Source of the DNA: Candidatus Babelota bacterium
Lineage (GTDB): Bacteria; Babelota; Babeliae; Babelales; Vermiphilaceae
DNA length: 32,000 nt
Reading direction: 5' to 3'
Assembly: GCA_039809905.1 (NCBI GenBank)
Contig: JBDHVY010000001.1
Location: forward strand, 690,001 to 722,000
The notes under the pieces: model-generated
The model's input: the letters and a program-made list of their open reading frames with translations, nothing else
Told to the model about the DNA's origin: nothing
Databases searched by the model: none
Program-made: the position numbers and the translations under genes
In this document: positions 23,302 through 32,000 of the stretch, one piece after another
How positions within the stretch are numbered: the first letter of the stretch is position 1
Layout: every line of letters begins with the position of its first letter

Positions 23302-23341
23302 GACTTACAATCCCTGATTTAGCATTAATGTTATAGTAGTA

Positions 23342-23369
23342 AGTATAGCAATGTATTGCAAATTGTCAA
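23342..23369 (-). promoter_or_regulatory. Near-consensus sigma70 promoter with an embedded small palindrome
   Basis: Minus strand reads TTGACA-16 nt-TATACT. The spacer contains GCAAT-gt-ATTGC (23348-23359). Confidence 0.55.
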
Positions 23370-23391
23370 TATTGAAAAGGTTTAATAGAAT

Positions 23392-23937
23392 CTAATCGTT
23401 ATTTTTTCGCTGATAGGTGCCAATGAGAGTTGTTTGTTCCAAGATATGGCCATGCATAGCTTTCAAGATGTCTTCTTTTGTTGCTCCTGCAGGTGCATCA
23501 AGCATAGTGTCTAATGCGTAAAGAGTAAAATGATAATGATGAGTACCACGTGGTGGGCACGGGCCACCCCATTTTTGAGTGCCAAAATCAGTTGATCCAT
23601 AGGTGAATGGTGCTTCTGCTCGTGATGAACCTTGATTTTTATCAATATGATCGACGGTTGAAGGAATATTAAATACAACCCAATGAACCCATACTTTTGC
23701 TGGCGTGTCCGAAGTAGCTTTAGCGAAGTTGGACGCATCCGGATCATCAACGATTAATGCAAAGCTTTGTGTATTTTCCGGTGCATCTGACCACATGAGT
23801 GCCGGAGAAATGTTTGCACCATCGCAACTATATTCTGTTGGAATTGATTCATTATGAGAAAAGGCTGGGCTTATAAGTTTCATAACTGCGCTCGCTGGTA
23901 AACAATAAAAGAGAGCTATTAATAATATTTTTTTCAT
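23392..23937 (-). CDS. PEBP/YbhB-family (Raf kinase inhibitor-like) protein with signal peptide
   Basis: SP.L.W, DDPDA, WVHWVVFNIP, GGPCPP.G.HHYHFTLYALD. Signal MKKILLIALFYCLPASA. A 4-nt ATGA overlap with the upstream gene. Confidence 0.85.
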   Translation of the reverse strand: MKKILLIALFYCLPASAVMKLISPAFSHNESIPTEYSCDGANISPALMWSDAPENTQSFALIVDDPDASNFAKATSDTPAKVWVHWVVFNIPSTVDHIDKNQGSSRAEAPFTYGSTDFGTQKWGGPCPPRGTHHYHFTLYALDTMLDAPAGATKEDILKAMHGHILEQTTLIGTYQRKNND

Positions 23938-24401
23938 TCTTGAACTACCGTTTCATTTTTTAATTCATCTCTTTTTTGCGTTAATTTCTGTCCCAAAAGT
24001 AAGCAATATTGCTTTTGCGCCATTGATGAGAAAAGATTTTTCCCATAATCTTTCATAGTTACTTTTGGGAAGAAGGTTGAAAAATGGAACGTTGTTTTAA
24101 GGCTATTGAATGACATATTTCGATTCGCTATAGCTTCAAAGTGAGTATTGACGGTAGTTTGTAATTGGGTAAGTACTTCGCTACGAGCTAGTGCTCGTTC
24201 AAGTACAGGCTGTACTGATGCATAAAGCTTTGGTGATGCTATTTGAGCTCTTTTGATTTGAATTTTTGCTACATTCAATGCGCGTTTAATCGCAGATAAT
24301 TCATTGTTTATATGCTCTATCTGGCTTTCAGATGTGGACATGCCCCAGGCTGATGCCGTGGTTAGTATTATCAATAGAGAAAAGTAACTTTTTTTTAACA
24401 T
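23934..24401 (-). CDS. Hypothetical secreted helical protein
   Basis: Start moved to MLKKSYFSLLIILTTASAWG (AGGA RBS; the tracked start is a TTG). Confidence 0.6.
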   Translation of the reverse strand: MLKKSYFSLLIILTTASAWGMSTSESQIEHINNELSAIKRALNVAKIQIKRAQIASPKLYASVQPVLERALARSEVLTQLQTTVNTHFEAIANRNMSFNSLKTTFHFSTFFPKVTMKDYGKNLFSSMAQKQYCLLLGQKLTQKRDELKNETVVQE

Positions 24402-24483
24402 AATATATCCTATCAATAAAATTGTCTTTCTACTGACAGGATATATTATTTATATTCTAATAGTCAATTAATGTTGAATAATA

Positions 24484-25044
24484 TTAAACAAGCGCAGCTT
24501 GATTTTCCCGCTGTATGTTTTCAAGTTCAGCGGCGAGTTCGCTTTTTTTAACCTCTAGTTTCTCAATAAGCAGTCGAGACCCACGTGTAATAGCATATGC
24601 AACATAAAATATGTTAAATAACTGTTCAGTTTGTTCATCAAATGAAGCATTTGAGAGTTCAGTTTTTATTTTTTGCTCAAGAGGGAATGCGCTTGGATCG
24701 ATAATAATATCATCAAATGAGATGTTTTCATCAACGATTAGACGTGCTTGTTCAGTAGTGACTTGTTCGATGGTAGAACTAAATTCATCACTGAGCAGAA
24801 TGGTAGCAAGTACAACCCAACATCTGTTCTTTGTAGATTCATAGGTATCTTGCAATAATTCTTGAAAATGTTTTTCTGTGCGGTTTTTTAAAATAAGACC
24901 TACCTTTACTTCCAGCATGATGGCACTTATTTGCTGAGAGATATGCTCAAGAGAGCTTTGGATTACGATTGTGCGATCAGAAGGAATAAGTGTAGAGAAT
25001 GGTAATACCATAAAGGCTACAGAAAGACACAAATTTTTTAACAT
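24484..25044 (-). CDS. Hypothetical secreted helical protein
   Basis: Signal MLKNLCLSVAFMVLPFS. AGGA RBS. LEHISQQISAI compares with IEHINNELSAI in the 23934 gene. Confidence 0.6.
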   Translation of the reverse strand: MLKNLCLSVAFMVLPFSTLIPSDRTIVIQSSLEHISQQISAIMLEVKVGLILKNRTEKHFQELLQDTYESTKNRCWVVLATILLSDEFSSTIEQVTTEQARLIVDENISFDDIIIDPSAFPLEQKIKTELSNASFDEQTEQLFNIFYVAYAITRGSRLLIEKLEVKKSELAAELENIQRENQAALV

Positions 25045-25156
25045 AATAATCCTGGAAAAGGTAGTAATACAATGATTTTTTATTAATTAAGTGTGTCATA
25101 ACCACGCTATTTAGTCAAAAGACGGGTTTTTCCGTTTCAAGTTATTTTTCTTTATA

Positions 25157-25191
25157 GGGGGTCCCCAGCCGTGGCGTAGCATAGGCTGGGG
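25157..25191 (+). promoter_or_regulatory. GGGGGTCCCCA stem-loop motif (copy C) upstream of rpmA
   Basis: TTATAG directly followed by GGGGGTCCCCAGCC-N13-GGCTGGGG. A TTGACT-17 nt-CATTAT promoter candidate follows it. The rpmA ATG is 113 nt downstream. Confidence 0.45.
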
Positions 25192-25304
25192 CTTAGAATT
25201 TGACTTTTAATCTGTTTTAGGCCATTATTTTAATTACATAGATGATATCATTTCTGTAGATATTCAAGAAAAATAAATAGTTTCATTTTTGAAGGACATA
25301 TCCA

Positions 25305-25562
25305 ATGGCAACCAGTAAATCGGGTGGAAGTACCCAGAATAATAGAGAAAGTCATAGTAAGCGGCTAGGCTGTAAATTATTTGATGGTCACAAAGTTTTT
25401 GGTGGCGAAATTATTGTTCGTCAGCGTGGAACACATATTCATCCAGGCAAACAAGTTCTTCGTGGCGGTGATGATACTTTATTTGTGACTGCTCCAGGCG
25501 TGATTAAATATCACTTTGGTCCTAAAGGTCGTAAATACGTATCTGTTATCAGCCCTAAGTAG
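25305..25562 (+). CDS. rpmA: 50S ribosomal protein L27
   Basis: SKSGGSTQNNRESHSKRLG.K.F.G......G.IIVRQRGT..HPG..V..G.D.TLF. Confidence 0.9.
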   Translation: MATSKSGGSTQNNRESHSKRLGCKLFDGHKVFGGEIIVRQRGTHIHPGKQVLRGGDDTLFVTAPGVIKYHFGPKGRKYVSVISPK

Positions 25563-25691
25563 TAATGTTTTGAGTAAGAATGAGGCTGCCTTATTAAAAA
25601 GACTTTATCTATGGATAAAGATATTTTAATAAGTTATAAAAAAGTAGAATAAAAAAGGTTTAAAACAAATATACTGCGGAAAAGAACGAAT

Positions 25692-26579
25692 ATGCAGATG
25701 ATTAATTTTTTGAAATACCGTACTGCAACAGCTTTGTCATCGCTGTGCTTAATTATTGCATTTGGCGTGACAGCAGTTTATCGGTACCAGACTCGTGGTT
25801 CAGTATACACATATAGTGTTGATTTTACGGGTGGAACTCAGGTTTTATTTGGATTTGATCAACCAGTTGATAGTGCCTCTGTCAGGCAAATTATTGCTGA
25901 TTCGGGATTGCCAAGCGCAAACACACGTGAATTTAGTGATAATGAAGTTCTTGTGCGTGTTAAGGAATATGAAAGTGATGCTGTTGGTCTTGGCGAGCGC
26001 ATGAAAGTTGCTCTTCAGGATCAAATGCCAGATAACACGGTGCGTGTTTTACAAACGGAAAGTGTTGGGGCTGGTGTTGGAGCTGATTTACGGGGTAAAT
26101 CCACGTATGCAGTTATTATAGCATTAATTTGTATGTTGCTTTATATAGCAATGCGCTTCTGGTCGTTTGCTTTTGCAGCAGGTGCGATTTTTGCTTTAGC
26201 TCATGATGCACTTGTTATGTTGGCAATATTTTTATTTCTTGATCGTGAAATATCAATTAATTTTATTGCAGCAGTGTTAGCTGTTCTTGGGTATTCAATC
26301 AATGATACAATTGTGATTTTTGCTCAAATACGTGAATTTATGAAAAAGAGCAAAGGTCTACCACTAGAAACAATCGTGAACGAGAGCCTTAATTATACGT
26401 TGCGTAGAACTGTTCTTTTAAGTCTTTCAACAGGATTGCCAGTTATGGTAATGCTTATATTTGGTGGAGAGGCTTTGCAAGATTTTTCACTTGCTTTATT
26501 AATTGGAATAATTTTTGGAACATATTCTTCAATTTATATTGCAAGTCCTATTATGATGTTATTGCAACCAAAGCAATAA
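25692..26579 (+). CDS. secF: Protein translocase subunit SecF (stand-alone)
   Basis: Size, the six-TM pattern, SVDFTGGT near the N-terminus, and GYSINDTIVIF. Confidence 0.85.
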   Translation: MQMINFLKYRTATALSSLCLIIAFGVTAVYRYQTRGSVYTYSVDFTGGTQVLFGFDQPVDSASVRQIIADSGLPSANTREFSDNEVLVRVKEYESDAVGLGERMKVALQDQMPDNTVRVLQTESVGAGVGADLRGKSTYAVIIALICMLLYIAMRFWSFAFAAGAIFALAHDALVMLAIFLFLDREISINFIAAVLAVLGYSINDTIVIFAQIREFMKKSKGLPLETIVNESLNYTLRRTVLLSLSTGLPVMVMLIFGGEALQDFSLALLIGIIFGTYSSIYIASPIMMLLQPKQ

Positions 26580-26820
26580 GAGCAAAATTATCCCAAATTG
26601 CTGACAAGTTCTTTTGGGATTCTTATACAAGATTACATGAAAATATGATCATTTTGATTTATAAAAAGCGCCATATCATATATGTGCTTCATAATCAAAA
26701 TGATCAGCTTATGTTTATACGCTAATCTTAGCAATGTCATTTTTTTAAATCTTTTTTATACAAATTCAAGGAATAATGCATGACGAAAAACGTCATAGTA
26801 TCTTTTTATAGGAGGACTGA

Positions 26821-28440
26821 ATGAAAACTCGCGACGTAAAAACAACTGATTCTGTAGGGACAACCGAAGAAAATCAAGAAGTAACACAAAAAGTAGTACA
26901 GCCTCTGTCTCCATCACAACCGACACGCCAACGTGCTCCAAGAAATTCTCAAAAAAATGTTTCGCAGCAGCAGCCGCCAGTAGAAAACAGTAAGCCAGCT
27001 GCAGAGCCAGCGGTGGCAAGTGAACAATATTCTCCTATTGATCGAGATGCAATGCCACAAGAACGCAAAGATACGGCGTTGCCACGAGAAGAACATAATC
27101 GTCCTATGTCTGCGCATCAACAACCATATCATCAACCACATGCCGTTTCTGAAAGACCTGCATATATCAAGCGACCGCTTGAAGATTTATCATTATCAGA
27201 ATTAGTTCAATATGCTCGTCGCTATGGAATTATGGGTGCTGCAATAACCAAAAAAGATGAATTACTTAAAAAAGTTCGTTTTGCAGAAGAAAATCCTAAC
27301 TTTGAGATGGTAGTTGAAGGTGTTCTTGAAAAATTACCTGATGGATTTGGTTTTTTACGCTCTTCTCTTTATGATTATGTTTCTGGCCCGGATGATATTT
27401 ATGTTTCTCCATCTCAAATCAGAAGATTTGGTTTGCGTACGGGAGATACTATCAAGGGTGAAATCAGAAAACCAAAAGAAGGTGAAAAATATTTTGCTTT
27501 GCTGAAAGTATCACAAGTAAATTATGCAGAACCTCTTTCTATGATCGATCGATCACACTTTGATAGTTTAAGTCCTCAGCATCCTACTGAAAAATTTAAC
27601 CTTGAATTTGATCCAATGGCTCTCTCAACACGTATTTTAGATTTGTTCACTCCGGTGGGTAAAGGACAACGTGGATTGATAGTAGCACCACCTAAAGTTG
27701 GTAAAACGCTTTTACTTAAAGAAATTGCACGTGCAATTATTCAAAATCATCCAGAAGCGCACTTGATAGTATTATGCGTTGATGAGCGTCCTGAAGAGGT
27801 TGCTGATATGCGCAGAACACTTAAAGGAACAATGGCAGAAGTTATTAGTTCAACATTTGATGAATCAGCTGAGCGCCATGTTCAAGTTGCAGAAATTGTT
27901 CTAGAAAAAGCAAAGCGCTTAGTTGAATGCAATCGTGATGTTGTAGTATTGCTTGATTCGATTACTCGTCTTGCACGAGCATATAATACTGTTGCTCCTG
28001 CATCAGGTAAAGTTTTAACAGGTGGTATTGATGCTCATGCATTACAACGGCCAAAAAGATTTTTTGGTGCAGCACGCGCAACAGAAGAAGCTGGTTCATT
28101 AACTATCTTAGCAACAGCGTTAGTTGAAACTGGTTCACGAATGGATGAAGTGATCTTTGAAGAATTCAAAGGTACGGGTAATATGGAAATGAATATGACG
28201 CGTAAGCTTTCGCATCGCCGCATATTTCCAGCATTTGATCTTCTTGTTTCAGGAACACGTCGTGATGATTTACTTCTTTCTGAAGAAGAACTTAATAAAG
28301 TATGGATTTTGCAGAAGTTGCTTTCTAGCATGAATACTATAGAAGGTATGGAATTCTTGATTGATAAAATGAAGAAAACCAAAACAAATGCAGAGTTCTT
28401 TGAATCGATTAATAAACGAACTACTGAAGTACGAGAATAA
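26821..28440 (+). CDS. rho: Transcription termination factor Rho with a roughly 125-aa low-complexity N-terminal extension
   Basis: [49 protein letters not shown] (Walker A), [14 protein letters not shown]. Confidence 0.92.
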   Translation: MKTRDVKTTDSVGTTEENQEVTQKVVQPLSPSQPTRQRAPRNSQKNVSQQQPPVENSKPAAEPAVASEQYSPIDRDAMPQERKDTALPREEHNRPMSAHQQPYHQPHAVSERPAYIKRPLEDLSLSELVQYARRYGIMGAAITKKDELLKKVRFAEENPNFEMVVEGVLEKLPDGFGFLRSSLYDYVSGPDDIYVSPSQIRRFGLRTGDTIKGEIRKPKEGEKYFALLKVSQVNYAEPLSMIDRSHFDSLSPQHPTEKFNLEFDPMALSTRILDLFTPVGKGQRGLIVAPPKVGKTLLLKEIARAIIQNHPEAHLIVLCVDERPEEVADMRRTLKGTMAEVISSTFDESAERHVQVAEIVLEKAKRLVECNRDVVVLLDSITRLARAYNTVAPASGKVLTGGIDAHALQRPKRFFGAARATEEAGSLTILATALVETGSRMDEVIFEEFKGTGNMEMNMTRKLSHRRIFPAFDLLVSGTRRDDLLLSEEELNKVWILQKLLSSMNTIEGMEFLIDKMKKTKTNAEFFESINKRTTEVRE

Positions 28441-28447
28441 TTAGTAA

Positions 28448-28487
28448 GCCCCATTCTTTATTGTATGATGAATGGGGCGCTTTTTTT
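28448..28487. terminator. Bidirectional terminator between rho and the convergent 600-aa gene
   Basis: GCCCCATTC-N13-GAATGGGGC followed by TTTTTTT. Confidence 0.75.
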
Positions 28488-28500
28488 AGTATTTGTGGTT

Positions 28501-30303
28501 TCAATCAAGCTCTTGTAATTCAGCTGGTTCTACTAAATGTTCTTTTTCCATTTCTTTATACTCACTTTCATCATCATTTTCATCAACATCTGGAAAATCA
28601 AAAAATTCTTCATCTGAAGCTTCACCTTTAGGGCTTAAAGAGATAGCATTCTGTATTGCTTCAGGCAACTCTCTATATCTTTCTTGTTCTCTTTCTTTAG
28701 TCTGTTCTAATGCTTTTTTTTCTTCTAACTGTTGTTTTACTTTTGAAAATAAAGATTTACCCCAATCTATCCATGATTGTGTTTGAGCACTTTCTGGTTC
28801 ATAAATTTTTTGCCACTCTTGTTCTTCTTTATTAATTTGTTGTTGGCGAGCTTCTGCTTTTTGCAGAGCTTCTGCTTCTTTGTTTATTTTTTCTTGTTCA
28901 ATTGATATGCCTGTTTGAGAATTGTACTCTCTTTTATCGTTATTTTCATCTATCGCTACAACATTGCCTGAGGTATTGAAAAATGCTGCTTGTGTTGTAT
29001 CAGATAACGTGAGAATAGTTTTGCCAGATGACGTATCAATAAGTTGATAATAAGATTTATTTGTTGTTCTTTGTAATGAAAGCAAGCGAGATTCTTCTGT
29101 ATTAAATGTAAAAGTAATGATCTCGTTCAAGTCTTTTTTTATGTCACCAGAAGATGTATCAACTACGAGGGTTCGCATTGAAGAAGAACCCAACAATCCC
29201 CCTGACCATTCTTGTGTGGTACTTTTTTCTTCATGATTAATGATTAAAAATTTTCTTTTTGGACTGAATTGATATGAGATAACGTTTTTAATTTTTTCCA
29301 ACTCTGTTGCTGGCTTACCAGTAATAATTACTTTCATCTTGCTATAAGCATGATCATACATTGCTGTTATTAAAGGTTTGCCTTCTTGTGTTTGCTTTTC
29401 TTCAATTTGAATTGTTGGTTGTGTGCTGATAATATTTATTATTTTGCGATATAGTGAAAGACGAACATTTCTTTTTATAGATACTGTTTTTGTTGTTCCG
29501 CTATCGTAGGTTACCGAAAGTTCATCTTCTTTTGTGAAATGAATGTCTTGAATGTTTTCAAATACGGCTATCATCGTTGCAGATGCAATATCAAAAAGAT
29601 AATATCTTAAAATTTCGCGCGTCCCTTTTTGTTCTCGTAATGGAAGTCCTTCGGAGGTTGTACCGCTTTCTTTTTCGCTTGGTTTTTTAAAACCAAATAT
29701 TTCTTGAAGATATTCTACAGCGCTGCTCAATTGAGTGCTTGCCAACAATAATGTTTTTTCTTGTGGACTAAATTGTTGAGTAATAAGAGATCCTTTAAAA
29801 GATATTACTACATTTCTTGAATGTATATCATAGAGATCCGTAATAGGTGAAGTACCTATGCGTTCCGGGCCAAAAACCATACCTTTTAATACACTGCCAA
29901 AAGTATATCGTTGCAATACGATATACTTTTTATGTGGACTAAATTGATAACCAGTTGTTTTATCAAATACTTTTTGAGGAACAAATTTATCTTCCGGTTG
30001 GTTAAGGCCGCTTATATCATTTTTAAGTATAAGTTTTTTTTCACTTGCATTATAAAAAGCTATAGGAGGTCTTTCTGCTATTTCTGTTAATTTTGGTGAT
30101 AAAAAAGTACTGATCTTCGGTTTTGTTACAGAAGATGCCACGGGTTCTTTTAGTTGTGCTGTTGGATAAAAAAATTTTTTTATAGAAGCAATGTAAGGAG
30201 CAATTGTTTGCTTAAGTATACCTTGTTTTTGACTTTGCTCAGATGGTACAAGATAAGACATTATTCCTAATGAAAAACAGAATAATATAATTAACTTTTT
30301 CAT
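28501..30303 (-). CDS. Large secreted protein with PD40/WD40-like beta-propeller-type repeats and an acidic coiled-coil tail
   Basis: Signal MKKLIILFCFSLGIMSYL. Recurring blades: YQFSPHKKYIVLQ, QQFSPQEKTLLLAS, YQFSPKRKFLIINH. C-terminal part rich in E, K and Q, with DEEFFDFPDVDENDDESEY. AAGGA RBS. Confidence 0.55.
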   Translation of the reverse strand: MKKLIILFCFSLGIMSYLVPSEQSQKQGILKQTIAPYIASIKKFFYPTAQLKEPVASSVTKPKISTFLSPKLTEIAERPPIAFYNASEKKLILKNDISGLNQPEDKFVPQKVFDKTTGYQFSPHKKYIVLQRYTFGSVLKGMVFGPERIGTSPITDLYDIHSRNVVISFKGSLITQQFSPQEKTLLLASTQLSSAVEYLQEIFGFKKPSEKESGTTSEGLPLREQKGTREILRYYLFDIASATMIAVFENIQDIHFTKEDELSVTYDSGTTKTVSIKRNVRLSLYRKIINIISTQPTIQIEEKQTQEGKPLITAMYDHAYSKMKVIITGKPATELEKIKNVISYQFSPKRKFLIINHEEKSTTQEWSGGLLGSSSMRTLVVDTSSGDIKKDLNEIITFTFNTEESRLLSLQRTTNKSYYQLIDTSSGKTILTLSDTTQAAFFNTSGNVVAIDENNDKREYNSQTGISIEQEKINKEAEALQKAEARQQQINKEEQEWQKIYEPESAQTQSWIDWGKSLFSKVKQQLEEKKALEQTKEREQERYRELPEAIQNAISLSPKGEASDEEFFDFPDVDENDDESEYKEMEKEHLVEPAELQELD

Positions 30304-30342
30304 AAATACAATCCTTATAGCTGCAATTTTTCAGATTTGTAT

Positions 30343-31179
30343 TTATTGTAAAAGATGCAACGAGTTGTTTTCAACTTTTTGCGATTTATTAATAAGTTGA
30401 GGAATATATTTTATGGTAATGGGCTTGCATGGTTTGCTATAAGGTTTTTTTGTGATCTTTGGATAATTAAGACGTCGTGCTTCTTTTGTAATAAGCAAGG
30501 GCACTTTTTGCAGGCTGGCATTATATATTTCGGTTATAGTTATGTGTTGTTTTTGATTATGAGGAACATACGGGATAATTGATAAATTGATCGGAGTTGC
30601 TTTTTGTGGAATTGGTGAACACATGAAAGATTCTTCATCATCAGAATAAGATTGATAATCATCAGAATAAGAAGATTCATCAATTGAAGATTCATCAGAT
30701 AAATCTTCTGAGTTTTCTTCATTTTTTTGTAGAGTTTTTATGAAAGATTGCTTATTAATATATCTTATTTTATAACGTTCTTCAGGTTCTCCGTTTTTTG
30801 TTTTTGTATCTTGTACCTTTATTTCTGGATCTATGGCTTTTGGTATAATGGTATTTTTGCTGGTTTCGATTTTATTTTTTTTAATGAGAATAATATATGT
30901 CCATATTTTTTTGAAAAAAAAACAGATCATAGAATGCAAAGATTGTGAGCGCATTGAAAATATATCGTTATAATTTTGAGTGCTTGCAATTATTCTGCTC
31001 ATCTCAATTTTTCTTATGTGGTTAAATAATTGAGAGCATTGATGATACTTTTGTTTTGTATATGTTTGAACATGAAATAAGAATGAATGGGAGGTATTGT
31101 TTTCCTCGCCTGTGCAATAGCTAAAGAATAATAAAAAGAGTAGTGATATGTTGTTTCGATAACAATAATCTTTTTTCAT
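30343..31179 (-). CDS. Hypothetical protein with N-terminal hydrophobic segment and acidic Ser-rich region
   Basis: AGGAG RBS. ISLLFLLFFSYC. ENSEDLSDESSIDESSYSDDYQSYSDDEESF. Confidence 0.5.
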   Translation of the reverse strand: MKKDYCYRNNISLLFLLFFSYCTGEENNTSHSFLFHVQTYTKQKYHQCSQLFNHIRKIEMSRIIASTQNYNDIFSMRSQSLHSMICFFFKKIWTYIILIKKNKIETSKNTIIPKAIDPEIKVQDTKTKNGEPEERYKIRYINKQSFIKTLQKNEENSEDLSDESSIDESSYSDDYQSYSDDEESFMCSPIPQKATPINLSIIPYVPHNQKQHITITEIYNASLQKVPLLITKEARRLNYPKITKKPYSKPCKPITIKYIPQLINKSQKVENNSLHLLQ

Positions 31180-31207
31180 ATCATACTCCTTTTTGTATAG
31201 CTACTAC

Positions 31208-32000
31208 TTAATATATATCCAAAGTCAAATCTGAGTATTTACCTTGTTGTGCTTTATAATTACCCACAAAAGCAATCATTGCAGCATTATCAGTACAGAA
31301 TGCACGAGACGGATGAAAAAAAGGAATATTACGAGATTCTGTGCATGATTTTAATCGTCCAACAATATAATTATTACAAGCAACACCACCAACAAAAGCT
31401 AAGGCTTTAATATCAGGATAGTTGTGTAGAGCGAGCACTATTTTTTGTTCAAAAATATCTGCCATACATACTAATAATGAACTAGCAACTTCCTTTTGTA
31501 ATTGTATGTCATCTGGTCGCAAAAATGTTTTTGTTTCTAAATCATATCCACCGCGTCGTACTAAATCATAGAGTACAGCTGTTTTAAGTCCAGAAAAGCT
31601 AAAATCCAATGTTTTATGTTTTGATCGGGGATAATGATAAAAATCTTGGAAATTAACATCTCGCGCAAGTTTTTCAATAACTGGTCCACCGGGATAAGGC
31701 AGATTCATTAATTTTGCAATTTTATCAAAGGCTTCACCTGCTGCATCATCCTGTGTTTCACCAAGAACTTCATAATCTCCGAAATTTTTTATGAGATACA
31801 ATGATGTATGCCCACCTGATGCAGTCAAACAAAGATAAGGGAATGGAACATTATGTTCTATTCCCGTTGAAAACGCATGGCCTTCTAAGTGATTAATGCC
31901 AATTAGTTTTTTGTTTTTTGCCCATGCAAGTGATTTTGCAAAGCACACGCCCACCAATAATGATCCGGGAAGACCTGGCTTATGAGTAGCGGCAATAACA
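31208..32000 (-). CDS. tsaD: tRNA N6-adenosine threonylcarbamoyltransferase TsaD (N-terminus off the right edge)
   Basis: The ORF stays open to the window end. GINHLEGH, LTASGGHTSL, GETQDDAAGEAFDKIAKLMNLPYPGGP, GGVACN. Confidence 0.9.
   Translation of the reverse strand, partial: VIAATHKPGLPGSLLVGVCFAKSLAWAKNKKLIGINHLEGHAFSTGIEHNVPFPYLCLTASGGHTSLYLIKNFGDYEVLGETQDDAAGEAFDKIAKLMNLPYPGGPVIEKLARDVNFQDFYHYPRSKHKTLDFSFSGLKTAVLYDLVRRGGYDLETKTFLRPDDIQLQKEVASSLLVCMADIFEQKIVLALHNYPDIKALAFVGGVACNNYIVGRLKSCTESRNIPFFHPSRAFCTDNAAMIAFVGNYKAQQGKYSDLTLDIY

Noticed and set aside
1-32000. Prophage, integrative element or defence island
   Set aside because: I found no integrase, transposase, phage structural genes, restriction-modification or other defence enzyme signatures, toxin-antitoxin pairs, tRNA attachment site or flanking direct repeats. 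The accessory genes are interspersed singly among housekeeping genes rather than forming a bounded island.

Overview
AT-rich (roughly one-third G+C by eye) bacterial chromosomal segment using the standard genetic code, tightly packed with about 37 genes. No rRNA, tRNA, CRISPR array, transposase or integrase was seen. The housekeeping backbone is recognisable from motifs: truA, rpsF-rpsR, rnhB, ftsY, prmC, polA, rpmA, secF, rho and tsaD (partial). Interleaved with it is an unusually large number of small ORFan proteins with signal peptides and of secreted enzymes with eukaryote-like folds: PP2C phosphatase, a PI3K/PI4K-like kinase, an EEP-family phosphoesterase and a PEBP protein. This mix suggests a reduced-genome, host-associated or intracellular bacterium. 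A Dependentiae/TM6-like organism is only a guess and cannot be verified here. Five things most deserve follow-up. (1) An eight-gene tandem array (2906-7291, minus strand) of diversified paralogous secreted proteins, most with a C-terminal membrane anchor, driven by a repeated promoter/terminator cassette. (2) A recurrent GGGG(A)TCCCCA...TGGGG stem-loop motif upstream of four unrelated genes. (3) A lambda-CI/LexA-like repressor whose catalytic Ser and Ala-Gly cleavage site are both missing. (4) A PI3/4-kinase-like protein with a signal peptide, apparently co-transcribed with rnhB. (5) A pair of paralogous membrane proteins bracketing prmC and a degenerate PilM/PilN-like pair. All functional calls come from motif recognition by eye. 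No database search was possible.
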